From Sphagnum compactum (lineage: Eukaryota): a stretch of DNA of 64,000 nt. Shown one piece after another: positions 52,461 to 64,000 of this stretch. Under the pieces are notes generated by a model. That model saw only the letters and a list, made by a program, of their open reading frames with translations. It did not search any database and had not been told where the DNA came from. The stretch spans positions 16,482,213-16,546,212 of the forward strand of contig OZ234493.1 of assembly GCA_965153455.1 (NCBI GenBank), read 5' to 3'. Every line of letters starts with the position of its first letter. Position 1 is the first letter of the stretch. The position numbers and the translations under genes were made by a program.

Positions 52461-53489
52461 AAATGATTTATTGATGAATTTTTTAATATAATGATTAAAT
52501 TAATTAATAGTAGTCTCACACAAGGTTATTTGATTGGTTCATCCATTGTTCAGAACCATGATTATCTTTCATACAGAACTACAGAGAACTGCCGAGTATT
52601 TTTGTACTGTTGCTCATCACTGGTAAAATCTGAATGTCAATTTGAGATGGAATTGTTTATTGGAGTGTAAAGTATTTTTCAGAAGAAATCAAGGTCCAAC
52701 AATAGGATGTCCAAATAACAGTTTTACAAAGTTCTTGAGAGAATTTGCATGGAGTTTTCCCCTAATTATTAAGCTCTCATCAATAGAAAGGAGACTCCTG
52801 ATGTTCGTTCTTGCACCTTGTTCCAATTCTCTCATCATTGCTTCTTGTTCTTATTTAGAAAGTTAAAGTAAGCCATAGTTGATATAAGAGAGCTCTTAAT
52901 CAAGTTGGAGATCCGTTCTTTGCATAAGAATAGGAGCACCTCAAAATCCAAGTTAATTGCATTTTAATTTTGTTGGTCAAAACATCCAATGTACCTGTTG
53001 AATTCATAAGATTTTCTTTGGAGCACTTAGAAAAACTATGTCAAATGCTATTTGCTGATCATCCACTCCATCACTTGTAGTGTTGGACTCAGCTTTCATT
53101 CTCACATTGACAAAAGCATCCAAGAGTATCAGTTCAAGTCAAGCTCAACCCAAGAAACCCAAAGAGTTGAGTGCCATTATATTTGCTTGACCTTTCTCAT
53201 CAAGAGCTTGTCCTTTATCACCATCTACCTATACAAGCACTAGCAAGGGTTTCCAATTGCACATCTAGCTATGGCTCCTCAACAGCTTTCAACAAGATTG
53301 CAAATTGTCACATAGTCCCTTAACACGAAAACATAATCCTGCTGCATTACTTTTGGCACACTGTAATTGCTCAATGCAGGTTGCAGTTGCCACCAAAAGA
53401 AAAATTGGAAATCTTTGAGACTGCACCACTTACTTTATTGGGCATCCTTGTCTTGAGCAGCATTGTCACAAACACAAACATCAAAGCAA

Positions 53490-54160
53490 CATGCATCAAC
53501 CCCCCAGACCACCACCACATATGGTTTACAGGACATCTCCTTGATATATTCTCTGTCTCCTATAGACTGTCAGCATGGCCAAGAAGGTTGCCATGGAGGT
53601 GTAGTGTCCCAATTTTGCATCAATCATGTAACCTGTGCTCATTGCTTCATCCACCAAACCTGCATCATGGTAAAGAAGCTGTGAAACATATTGAAGAACT
53701 GTGTGAAAATGGTACACTTTGTTTCAAAATGTTTCAGAGCTTCCTTACTGTAATAGAGGTTTGGTGGATAAAGGCCTGTGGTGTTATTCTGCAATGAGCA
53801 CATTGTGTACCATTTTCACACATTTGTTTTAAATGTTTCAGAGCTTCCTTACCATGATGCAGGTTTGGTGGATGGATGCCTGCGGTGTGTTATTCTGCAA
53901 TGAGATCACGAGGTGGAAGCTTGTGGAACACCTTCATGCTCCCACTACTGGCATACATAACTGGCTGTTCTGCACAAAATAATCTGAATGTATGTCTCAG
54001 CATTGTCGCATTTGAAGGGGAGCTCACAAGCAGATGATTGAAATTTGGTGATGCTCCAGGAGAGTTCAACAAGATGCCCACAACAAGTGTCTGTCTGTTT
54101 GTTTGGAATTCTATGCTTTTGAAGGATGCGTCATGCATGGGCAATAGTGAGGAAGCAAAA
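53490..54160. pseudogene. Scrambled PLS-class pentatricopeptide-repeat (PPR) gene fragments on both strands
   Basis: Minus strand: AGLVDEAMSTGYMIDAKLGHYTSM..LLGHA..IKEMSCKPYV.VWG, and MYASSGSMKVFHKLPPRDL. Plus strand: HHGKEAVKHIEELCENG, GLVDKGLWCYSAMST, and FNKMPT...WNSML. All are typical PLS-PPR motifs. Confidence 0.8.
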
Positions 54161-56534
54161 AGAAATTTATTGACAGACCAACCTCTGATTATGAAGAGCT
54201 TGCAATCAAAATACTACTGTCAACTACTGAATTATGTTGGTGATTTCGGAGTTATGATATGTGAAACATTACACCTGATTTGAGTTGCTGATGTCTGAAA
54301 CATCACGCCACCTCAGGGCATTAGCACACTTCACAATGATGCTCGTGGTCATGATTCCTCTGTAAATTTCTGGAAAGACCAAAGTACTGAATAGCTTCAA
54401 ATCCACTTGAAGGACATGATGAGTCGAGAAACAGCTCTGACTTTTGTAGGAAAATCTGGAAACAGCTATGGCTTCTGTATAACTTAGATCAAATAGAAGA
54501 CCAAGGTCAATCAATCAACAAAACATATATGTGCATTTCTTAAGAATTTCTAAAATCACAATAACATTTTGGAGAAGGGTTTAAGATTGTACAGCAGAAA
54601 ATGTCTTTTCATTCATCAGTGTCTCCAAGTGTAGAGTTGCTGCATAGAGAATGTTGTAACACTACTATTTTTGTGGCTAGAAGAGGCAGATTTACAACAG
54701 TGATTCACCTGAACTAATGAGTAGCATAGTGCAAACACAGAGCTAACTGGCTATCAAGACTGTGCACACAGTCTTGGATCAACTGCCTTTCCCAGGTTGC
54801 AATATTGGTGAAGCCATGATCAGGTAAGACTCAAAGCTCTCCTGCTTGTTGGGATCTGATTTAGCAAGATCACAGGTGGCTCCATGAATAGCTTCTTTCT
54901 TTGGGCCACACAGTCTCTTGGCTGCGAGGAATTTATATCCAGTCTCCATCTGGAATGGCAGAGACATTTGATTAGATGATCATACATGCTGTTCATATCC
55001 CATGAAGAGCAGAAAGCACCTTCCATATGCACTCTTCTTTTGTTGCAAACTTGTAAACTACTAGTGTTTCCAAATTTGCTGACATTAAAACTATGATATA
55101 AACACCTGCCCTGAGGAAGCAAGCACATGCATTTGGCACTTTTTTAGCCACATTTGAACCATCAGGATCTCACAAATACATCACAAACACAGGAGTGACA
55201 GCATCAGTTATGTAGAGCAGAGGAGACTTTTTTTGCAAGTAGCATGCAAGGGTGTGGAATCTGAAACTCACATCCATGTCATGAAACCAGTAGTAGACTG
55301 AGACCTGCAGTGCAATGTGCATATCTTTCCCTTTGAATATATGGCCCATTCACACGTTGGCACTGCCGCATTTTGAAAGTACACATGTTGAAAGCTCTTC
55401 AATGCTGGAAAATTTAGTGGTAGAATTTACACCTTCTATGCTAGTGCAACCAAATTATTGCACCACCTTCAAAACCACCTCCTATTAGGCATCATCCACA
55501 TCAAACTTTGCCACTAGACTACTTTGATTTAACTAGAATCATGAATTTTATAAACTCATGAAACAAATGCATAAATAAATTATGCATGAACCATGCAAAA
55601 TGAAGGGCTTCCAAACTATACTGGTCTATGATATCCAAAACTATCAAAACTTGATGCCATATCTATGCCATGAATTGTGCCTTGAAGATCATATGTTTCA
55701 TTCCACTCAACATAAAGTTGTTGTAATGCCGCTACTATACATACAAATCAAATGGTATAATTGCAATATAGATCAGTACAACCTTTAGGGGAAAATCTAA
55801 CTGAACATTACCTACTTCTAAATGAAGTAGGTAACTTTATGAAAAAATCAAAATTTCAAAGCCAAGAGACCATTTCATTATTTGGAACTGCAAATGAATT
55901 TTGAATTTGACTAACAGAACACACCATTTGCAAGATTAATTCGGCCCTTGCAGTTTACCATTTGAGATAGAACACCCATGAACAGTTGGATTATAATCAT
56001 GAAGACAAACATTAGAACAATAAAATGAAAATGACCAATAGGAATTGTCGTTGCAAGCTATGAGCCAACCATCACTAGAAGCAAAACTTTGAAAGACTAC
56101 CCACCATTGACCACTTCAAGCACAAACCCAAACAAGCGTGGCTTAGTATTCTCAACATCAATTGAAAACAACATAACTTGCCAAGTCTAGTATATGCTGA
56201 ATGCAAAAGAACTCTAATAAATTACAATATTTAACTTTGGTAAGGACATAAGTAAAATTAGAGAGATATTGTGAAGTGTTTATATTTCGCTGGCACCTAG
56301 TTCAAATTTCCTCTGCATGGACACTTCCTGTAACGTTTAGTCACTTTGAAAGTCAAGCCAAACGCTGAAATTGCTAGGGCCAGATGTTCACAAAAGCGTT
56401 GAAAGCAATAGACAAAAGCGTTGAAATTGGCCAAATTGCCACCAATTGAATATTGAAGGGAAAACTTCTTTTTCTTCGAGCTCTTGGCACGGGGTTTATG
56501 TTAGTTGGGTAGCCATGTCAAAGTTTCTCAGAGT

Positions 56535-57175
56535 CCCAGTGAACCAGCACCCACGAGTGCACCATGCAAAATGAATGGGAAGTGCTCTGGAAGCAGTTTT
56601 CTATTGGGCTCCAGTTCCCTTGCTGACAATGGTAGTTAGTTCAATTACTTTTTTAAAAAACAGCCCTTACCTATGTACAAATCATTTACTTACATACTAG
56701 TTATCTGTTTTATTGTTGGCATTGCCTAGCAAGGCAAGGATATTGTGTTTAGATTCATTATAGAGTATAGTAGTTTAAAGGGATTTTGGTTCCTAGATAC
56801 TAGGTTTATTTTCATATGAGGATTTTTGAAGGATGATATTTTGGCTCGTGTTGAAACTTGAGATTAGTTATAGAGTTATAATATCTTGAAGGATTTTGAT
56901 TTCTTTTAAAAGAATTTTGAAGATTATATTTTTGCACGGTGAAATATTTGAGTTTCCATAATTCTTCTTTTGCCTTAGGATACTTTTTAATGTAACCGGC
57001 ACGTTCACACAGTGGAGGACACACCCCTTGTTATCTATCTACCAACATATGGACAACACCTACTTCTCACAAAGTGGGTTACCAAGGTGAAACTAGATAG
57101 TAATTCACTAGAGGTCCACCCACAACTTAGCCATCACAGGGATCCAGTTGATGGTGCGTTGGTGAATGACTGATT
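56535..57175. mobile_element. Older, opposite-orientation copy of the 59617-59975 MITE, interrupted by a Helentron-like element
   Basis: cagtgaaccagcacccacgagtgcaccat at the left and gatggtgcgttggtg at the right. Internal parts match the reverse complement of ~59640-59970. Confidence 0.75.
56713..57029 (+). mobile_element. Third copy of the ~310-bp Helentron-like element
   Basis: Colinear with 13472-13786 (aaggcaaggat...gattcattatagagtatagtag...gtgttgaaacttgagattagttatagagtt...cacacccctt). Confidence 0.7.
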
Positions 57176-58996
57176 TGGTCTAGACCTTGGAACATGCCCT
57201 GGCAAAGCCCATTACCGCGTAATGAGATTTGGGTTCACCCTACCAGCTTTGGTGCATTCATAAATATACCACAGCTGTTCCAAGTTGGTGACTTCTTTTG
57301 GTGTCCTATAAAGGACCCATATATATAGGTTTTAGATTTTTTCCTTGGGTGGGACAGGCTGCTGCTTCCACTTGTGATGTTGCCATCAATGGTGGAGAGC
57401 AACTTGCATAATGTGAATCGACAATGAGGAGCACCAAGGAACATTAGTTACATTTTAAAACAAACCCTCAACTAGAAACCATTTACCACCCAACTAAACA
57501 TCATCAACTCAACACATTCCCAGGTGGAATGGTCCCACCTAAATGGACGGTTTGAAGTAAGTTCATATTTTATGCATGCATGACTGTATCAGAGCTTGGA
57601 CTGGGGGAACCATGTTTGGAAATGTCAATAGAAGTGCGTAGGATTAATTTTTAATTACATCATGGTTGCAAAGAATGTCAAAACATGTACCTAGGATTTG
57701 TGCAACTTATGCTAGCATGTCCATATTTGTCAAATCCACAATTGATTTCTGGTATCTCTCAAAACTCGAACATCACAATAATTGTCCAATTGCTGAGAAA
57801 TTTTTGTGCTTGAGATTGTACCAACACTCAACCTAGGCCCAGTCGTCAACAGAGTTTAGCTTAGTGCCATATAAGATACATTAATTAATAAGTTAAGTTA
57901 GGTTGATAGTTAAATAATAATTAAAAGTAAGTAGTTAACTAAATAGTTGTTAATAGATAAAGGTAATAGTTGCAATGAAGTTGTAATTGAATCACAAGGT
58001 TATGGCCATGTTCATTCTTGTTGGGTTTCTTTGGGTTTGTTTCATGCTAACAATTAAACCATTCCTAAAAGGTTTGATAACTGAATTTTCTTAATATTGT
58101 GCAATCTCATAATCATATAATACTAAAGGCTAATTATCTAGTTTCAATCTACTAATGAGAATACCAAATTGATTGTTATGATGGGTTATTGGATGAATGT
58201 TTTAGAAGTGTACAAATTTGCCACATGTGGAAAAAGGTGCAGATTCCAAAAAATTCGGCCTATTATGTTCCTACAGTAGTCAGTAAGCATAAAAAAGATT
58301 TTTTTGTCATTTTCTTATTGATAGAAGTGAGTGGCCATGGCTTAGGGTTTGCACTAGTGTTGGCCAATTATTGCTTCATGGCACATACCGGCCGACCTAG
58401 GTTATAAAAAAAAATTTAAAATTTAGATAGGCTACTTTGTTGATCCAATGAAATTCTTGTTCTCTAGTTCATTGGCAATATAGTATTAGTTTGATTCTAA
58501 AATGTCCACATGATTTCAAGTTGATTTGCACATCTAGTTGATCAAATAATTTTGATCAACTACGTATATTTTATGGGACTTGCTTTAGAGATTTACTTGC
58601 ATTCCCAAGCATGACTGAAGTTTGTTGAAAATGTGATGTATTACATTTATGGATGTGTTGATAAGACAAAACTACAAGAAATGTTGACATTATATGAAAT
58701 CTGGCCAAGTCTACAAACATTTTGTCAAGAATGTGAAGATACTAATAGTAGATGTTGCCAAGGAAAGAGTAATACACAGTTGATAATATTTGGAGGAAAT
58801 ACTCATAACCTTTGATAGAAAACTGAAACCTTTGTGTTGCAAAATCAATAATAAACTATCATCAACAATCCAAACGTTTGTTGACAAGTCCAACAAAACC
58901 AATTTTACTATATTTCTTTGAGAAAAACTTGGAAATTTTAACATGTTTTAGGGTGTAAAATGCGGGTTTTCAACAAAAAATTACCACTTTGCCAAA

Positions 58997-59486
58997 TCTT
59001 ATATATAAATTGCCTTAGTCTATCTGTCTGTCTGTCTGTCCGGGTCAGTCAGTTTTGGTCTTGGTCAGTAAAACGGTTGCTATCCAGGGGTGGGGAATGA
59101 AAGGCACGGCAAGAATCACGGCAATCTCACGGTCAGCAGCGGTTGCCACGCGGTCAGGTTTGTTTTTACTTTTTATCGCACTGGGGAAGACAAGTTGGTA
59201 AAAACAAGAAAATTTTCTGTAGATTTTCTTTTGACTGTTGGGCTCCTTTTTCCCGGCGACACATCAAAACTGGCAACTTTCGCATTCACACTCGACCAAC
59301 CTTTTTTTTGTACCCAAAGGTCGCTTAATTCATTTTCAGTTGGCTCCTTTTTTGCGGAGATTTCAAACCTGGCAACTTCCGCATTCACACTTACTAACTG
59401 AAGTGCTGAAGAGCTATGGCAGTCATCAAATCGACCATAGCGCGTCAGATGCCGTGCCGTGCCTTGCAGGCACAGGTTACCACTAA
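58997..59486 (+). mobile_element. 490-bp non-autonomous Helitron
   Basis: A|TC 5' end (tcttatatataaat), a (TCTG)n tract, a GC-rich hairpin gtgcc-ttgca-ggcac at 59459-59473, and CTAA|T 9 nt downstream. No TSD. Confidence 0.85.
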
Positions 59487-59616
59487 TGAAAATTAGTTTG
59501 AAAAGAACAGCACAAACCCATACAAAGCAAGAGAATTGTTGTAGTATGACCCAATGCTTACTAAACACTTGTGATGTATGTCACAGAGAACAGACATAAT
59601 AGATGACTCTAGAAAG

Positions 59617-59975
59617 GGCCACAGTGAACCAGCACCCACCAGTGCACCATCCACTGGATGCCTGTAATGACTCAGTTGTGGATGATCCTCAACTGAGTTA
59701 CTACCCGGTTTCATCTTGGTAACCCATTCTATAAGAAGTAGGTTTAACATATAGACATGAAGGTAACAAAATAGGGGACTACTAGGTATGTAGATAGTTT
59801 ATAGATAGTAGGTAGGGGCTGTTTTTACTACCTACCTAGTTGGTAGGTAGTAAATAAACCAACTGAGCTAACCACCATGGTTAGCTAGGGAACTGGAACC
59901 CAACAGAAAACTGTTTCCTGATCACATATCATCCATCCTTGATGGTGCACTGGTGGGTGCTGGTTCACTGTGGCC
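59617..59975. mobile_element. MITE with perfect 35-bp TIRs (Mutator-like?)
   Basis: ggccacagtgaaccagcacccaccagtgcaccatc / gatggtgcactggtgggtgctggttcactgtggcc. The flanks tctagaaag and gatagaaag resemble a 9-bp TSD (7/9 match). Confidence 0.8.
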
Positions 59976-60629
59976 GATAGAAAGTATTCTTCTATTGGGG
60001 AAAGTCCTCTTCCCAATGGAATTGGTGAACTTCCTTATCGCCCTTGTTGGCAGGACCTCCCTCGAGGAAGTCCTGTGAAGAGGACATCGTGTGCATAAAG
60101 ATTTTTCAGCTGAAATGATTTATCATTTTCAATGGCCTGGGTTGTATGGCGTAATGTCATGGTTCCCATAAGAACCCTGTAACATCTCAGGACAGCAGAC
60201 CCTTGTGAGGTGGTACGGAAAGACAAGCAAAAGATAAAAGTTGTTTTAAATGCTTTAAAATCTTTTCACAAGGGGAGGGCATTTTCTTGGGCGGGTCAAG
60301 TCAGGGTCAGTGAGTGTGACTCAGGCTCCACCCTCATCTTACACACCTCACGGCTAGGGTGAACTAGCTCCTGGCACTGATACCTGCACCTTTTTTAGCG
60401 AGGCCACTTAGTGACCGTCTTAAGCCCAAAAAATCTTAGATTTGATCTCACAGACCCTATTTTAACCTAAGCATGGGTATTTGTAATATTCGGAAGCAAC
60501 TTAAATGAAAATTTGGCTTCTTACCATGCTACCAGTGTGGGTGCTGGGTCACCCAACACAAGAAATTGTGGGGGATACTCTGTTGGAAAATCTGAGAATC
60601 TCAAGGAATCCTCTTTGCAATTGAATGGG

Positions 60630-61040
60630 AAATGCAAATTCCCTATTCTTTTTTCATTTAGGGGAAAGGAAGGAAGGGTTTTTACACAGTATTGAAGCTG
60701 AAGCAGGGGAAATTGGTGCAGACCCTGGGAACAAAATGAAATTTCCTTTTGTACATTTTTGTTTCGATCACCTTTCAGGGAAAATAAAGATTTTTTTGAA
60801 GTGCGATGTCTGAAGAGGGCAAAGCTCTTGAAGAAGGCCATGCTAATAAAATGCAATTCCCCTGTGTACATTTTAGCATCTGTCACCTTGCAGAGAAAAT
60901 AAGGCTTTTCTTTTGAGCAAGAAACCTGAAGAGGGGAAGGGACTTGAATGCATCTTCCCTCTTACCATTTTTGCCTCCAACACCTTGCAGGGTAAATAAG
61001 GTTTTCTTTTCATAGTTGGGAACTCAAAGCAGGGAAAGGC
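60630..61040. repeat. Degenerate ~100-115-bp tandem repeat (3-4 units)
   Basis: Recurrent atgcaattccc...catttt...cacctt(g/t)cag.gaaaataa.g...tgaagaggg. Confidence 0.6.
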
Positions 61041-61713
61041 AGTGCAGGGGAGAGGATGGAGGGAGATTGCACAATACCATTTATGTCATTTTTCAAATGA
61101 TTCTACATTTGAAGAATCCTATATCCTTAGTTTTCCAGCATATGTTGAATCCCAAATTCTAGCACCCTCTGGCTGCTCTTATGTCAAACTGCAACAGCTT
61201 CTTCTCATGACAGATCCCTTCACAAATTTTTTCCTCCAAATCTTTACACACCGACATGGGTTGTCCCAATCTGGGTCGAAATTTTTCACCCACAGTCTAA
61301 GCAATATGCTTTTTATAAGCTGGTAATCTGAAAAGTCTTGCAACCTGAATGATTTAATCTCTATGTATTGTGCCATTAAGAAAGTGTCAAACAGGGTGGG
61401 AAATAATTAATTCGTAGGATTTCCGTAGTACTTGGGATCCTTGGTATGTTTCACCAAACCCCAAGTTGGGAGGTGCCACATCCATGGATGTTCAAGTGTG
61501 ACTGGCACCAGTGGTGACCATGAAGGACTCCCACAATCATGGAAAGACGACTTTGATATCCAAAACTAAGCAATGCAAAAATATCCCAATGTAACTCCAG
61601 TGTACTCCAACAGCAAAATGAAGCTTAGTTGTTGAAGGTCATAGCTCCTCATTGCAATATAAAAAGCCTAGGACACGCATATTTCACATCTACTAGAAAT
61701 CTTGATGGTAGAA

Positions 61714-64000
61714 ATGAAGAAAAAGGCTATCACAAATGCAAACATTGAAGTTGTACAATTGACTAAAGAATTAAACACCATGAGCACCATAGTTAATACA
61801 AAAATCATAGGGTTGACAGAATACATGTTAGCTATGCAAAAGTCTTCAGATATAAAGAATTATGAGCTCAATGAGATCTAAAGCATGTTAATAGCAATGG
61901 TGTGTGACCAAGACATCGCAAAAGGGACCTTTGCGAAGGCAGACTTTGATGAGGTGCATTTCAAATTTGAGACTCAGGAGCTTAACAACATGAAAGCCCT
62001 AAATCACCAACCAGAAAATCAACAATGGATATCAAATATTGAGAGCAAAGACATCAAGTTGCAACACGGTTGCGAGGAACATTGATGCTCAAAAAGAAAG
62101 TTCTTTTGGTGGAGTGGGATGCTAGAAATCAACCAATCTGAATACCACACTCTTGACCTCTGTTTCTGAATGCAAATGGTGCTACTTTCAGAAATGTTCC
62201 TACTTTCTTTCTTCTCAAATTTCCAATGATCTCCAATGCAATTAGCAAAGGTGTAAACATCTCCAATGATCTCCAATGCACTTAGCACAGGGGCATTAAA
62301 TGAAAACCTCCCCCAACCCACTTAACTCTAAACCCTAGAACATGAACCCTCAACCAGTTATAAAAAATATACAAAATGTAAGATAAATCCAAGTATCCCC
62401 TACACCTCCAATAACCAAAAATAAATATTTAAAGGCTAGAACCCACCCACTCCGGAAGAAAAGCAAACCCTTTCCCACTCCACCTATTAAGACCCCTAGA
62501 ATCCCACCCCCTCCCCCCCTCCACGAAAAAAATAAAAATAAAATCGTGACCCTCCTAAACCCCCTAGCCCATCCATCCTTCAGGAAAGAAAAAACCGGAC
62601 CCAAATCCCCTCACCCACCCTCCAAATCCCAAAAAAGCCTCCCCCAACACCCTCGCCTCCCCTCCGCAATCCAAAAGTTGATATTTTCAACTTCTTAGAC
62701 TGTCCACCTATTCAAGCCAGTCTTGGACTGTCCACCCTATTTTAAGCCAGTTACATGCGCACCCACCACAGTCAGGGTGACTTTATGGACCACTGGGACT
62801 CAAGGCGAAAAATTTAATAGGGTATGACACACCCTGTGAAACTCCTGCTGAATTTACCGATTTCTTTAATGTATGCCCAACACCACTACAGGCATGAGCA
62901 GCGAGCATGTGATGAAGATTCAACAGCTCACATGACAGCAAACCATTTCTGTTGCCTTAGTATATTGTATGTATGGCAAAGGCAAGTTCTCAAATGGGCC
63001 ACTTTACTTTGGGAGCACTTCAATGGGCCGATAAGTCTTCTTGGCTGACAAACGATCAATTCAGAGGGTCCAGCCAGTGTTTCTTTTTCTCAATTTCTCA
63101 TGTCACATCAAAACTGGCGATCAGCCACAAGGGGATGTAGTCAGGTATGGTTACAAGACAAATAAAAAAGTAAAAATTATGGCAATCTTATTACATGTTG
63201 GCAAACCAATAAAACCTATTAACCAAATATGGGGATTTCACAAAAAGAAAGCTAGAAATCTGCCCAAGTCTTTCAAAAAAATTTGGCTATTTCATAACTC
63301 TCTTCTTCCTGAAAATGTTACAATTGTTTTAGGATTTTTCCAAAAAGTTCCCCTGACCATCTTGCTTGGGAGTTTCATCTATAGCAAAATGGCGAATTTC
63401 AGCAACTAAAATTTCACTGGTTCCAGCTCTAACAACCCCAATTATATCTGCTGACTCAGGTTGTGCATTATCAAACAATGACCAAATACATCAATTTTGT
63501 ACGCCTGAAAAGCACCGGTCACAGGAAAATATTCAAGTCTAAAACCTACACATGCTCAATTTTGGGGCCAAGCACCAACATGGGGCACGTGCCATGACTT
63601 TATGGTAAATGAAATTATGAACAATGTTTCCCAGCAGGTAATGAGGGGAGAAAAAGCTACACAGAGCAAAGAGTTGATATATTCTATATAAGAGGAAAGT
63701 TCTGACTAAGGACCAGCCTCACTTTTCTTTGCTGACACATGGACGGTGCAATCCATCAATGACCACTTGCATCCATTATCTTGTAGCCAGAAAAATCAGT
63801 GATCACAGGAAGTTGCAGGTCTAGTACTCACGCACAGACTGCATCGCTTTATTAAAGACTTCCAATCTTGAGCAATGTGAAAGCACAAGACGACAAGAGA
63901 AAAGACAGAAAAGCATCCAGCTGCAATAATATATTCCTGAGTAAAGTTCTGAGCAGGTAGCACAGAAAACTTTAACCAGCCTAAATTATGGCACACAGTA
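61714..64000 (+). repeat. Module B copy (runs off window end)
   Basis: Reverse complement of 39021-41322, starting at atgaagaaaaa (61714). Confidence 0.93.

Noticed and set aside
53463-53684. HCFIHQ resembling the hAT transposase CxxH motif
   Set aside because: It is the reverse complement of PPR LVDEAM. The opposite strand gives a much longer PPR match.
60150-60185. GNHD metallophosphoesterase-like motif on the minus strand
   Set aside because: A four-residue match with no other supporting motifs.
2991-61713. Single giant Helitron (starts TC; ctag near 61693)
   Set aside because: It is not at an A|T site, the ctag is about 17 bp from the junction, and I see no terminal hairpin or Rep/helicase. 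Kept only as an unexplained rearrangement.

Overview
AT-rich, intron-containing eukaryotic nuclear DNA with land-plant gene content (RLK/Pelle kinase, PLS-class PPR, TPP, makorin). A bryophyte such as Sphagnum is my impression, not proven. The region is dense in repeats and pseudogenes and has only one apparently intact gene. That gene is a 3-exon minus-strand gene (30737-37388, about 1421 aa) fusing about 31 near-identical 34-aa TPR repeats to a non-RD RLK/Pelle-type kinase with all catalytic motifs and no visible transmembrane segment. Repeat variation is concentrated at TPR groove positions, and blocks of repeats have recently been duplicated, so it is a candidate rapidly diversifying cytosolic receptor kinase. 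Around it lie: a mosaic pseudogene block (ATP synthase OSCP + trehalose-phosphate phosphatase + unknown fragments), present once contiguously on the minus strand (39.0-44.7 kb) and once split on the plus strand across the window ends; a tandemly duplicated makorin pseudogene; a scrambled PPR fragment cluster forming a hairpin; a Gypsy RT/RNaseH remnant; and several non-autonomous DNA transposons (CACTA, Harbinger/Tourist MITE, Mutator-like MITE, Helitron, Helentron-like).
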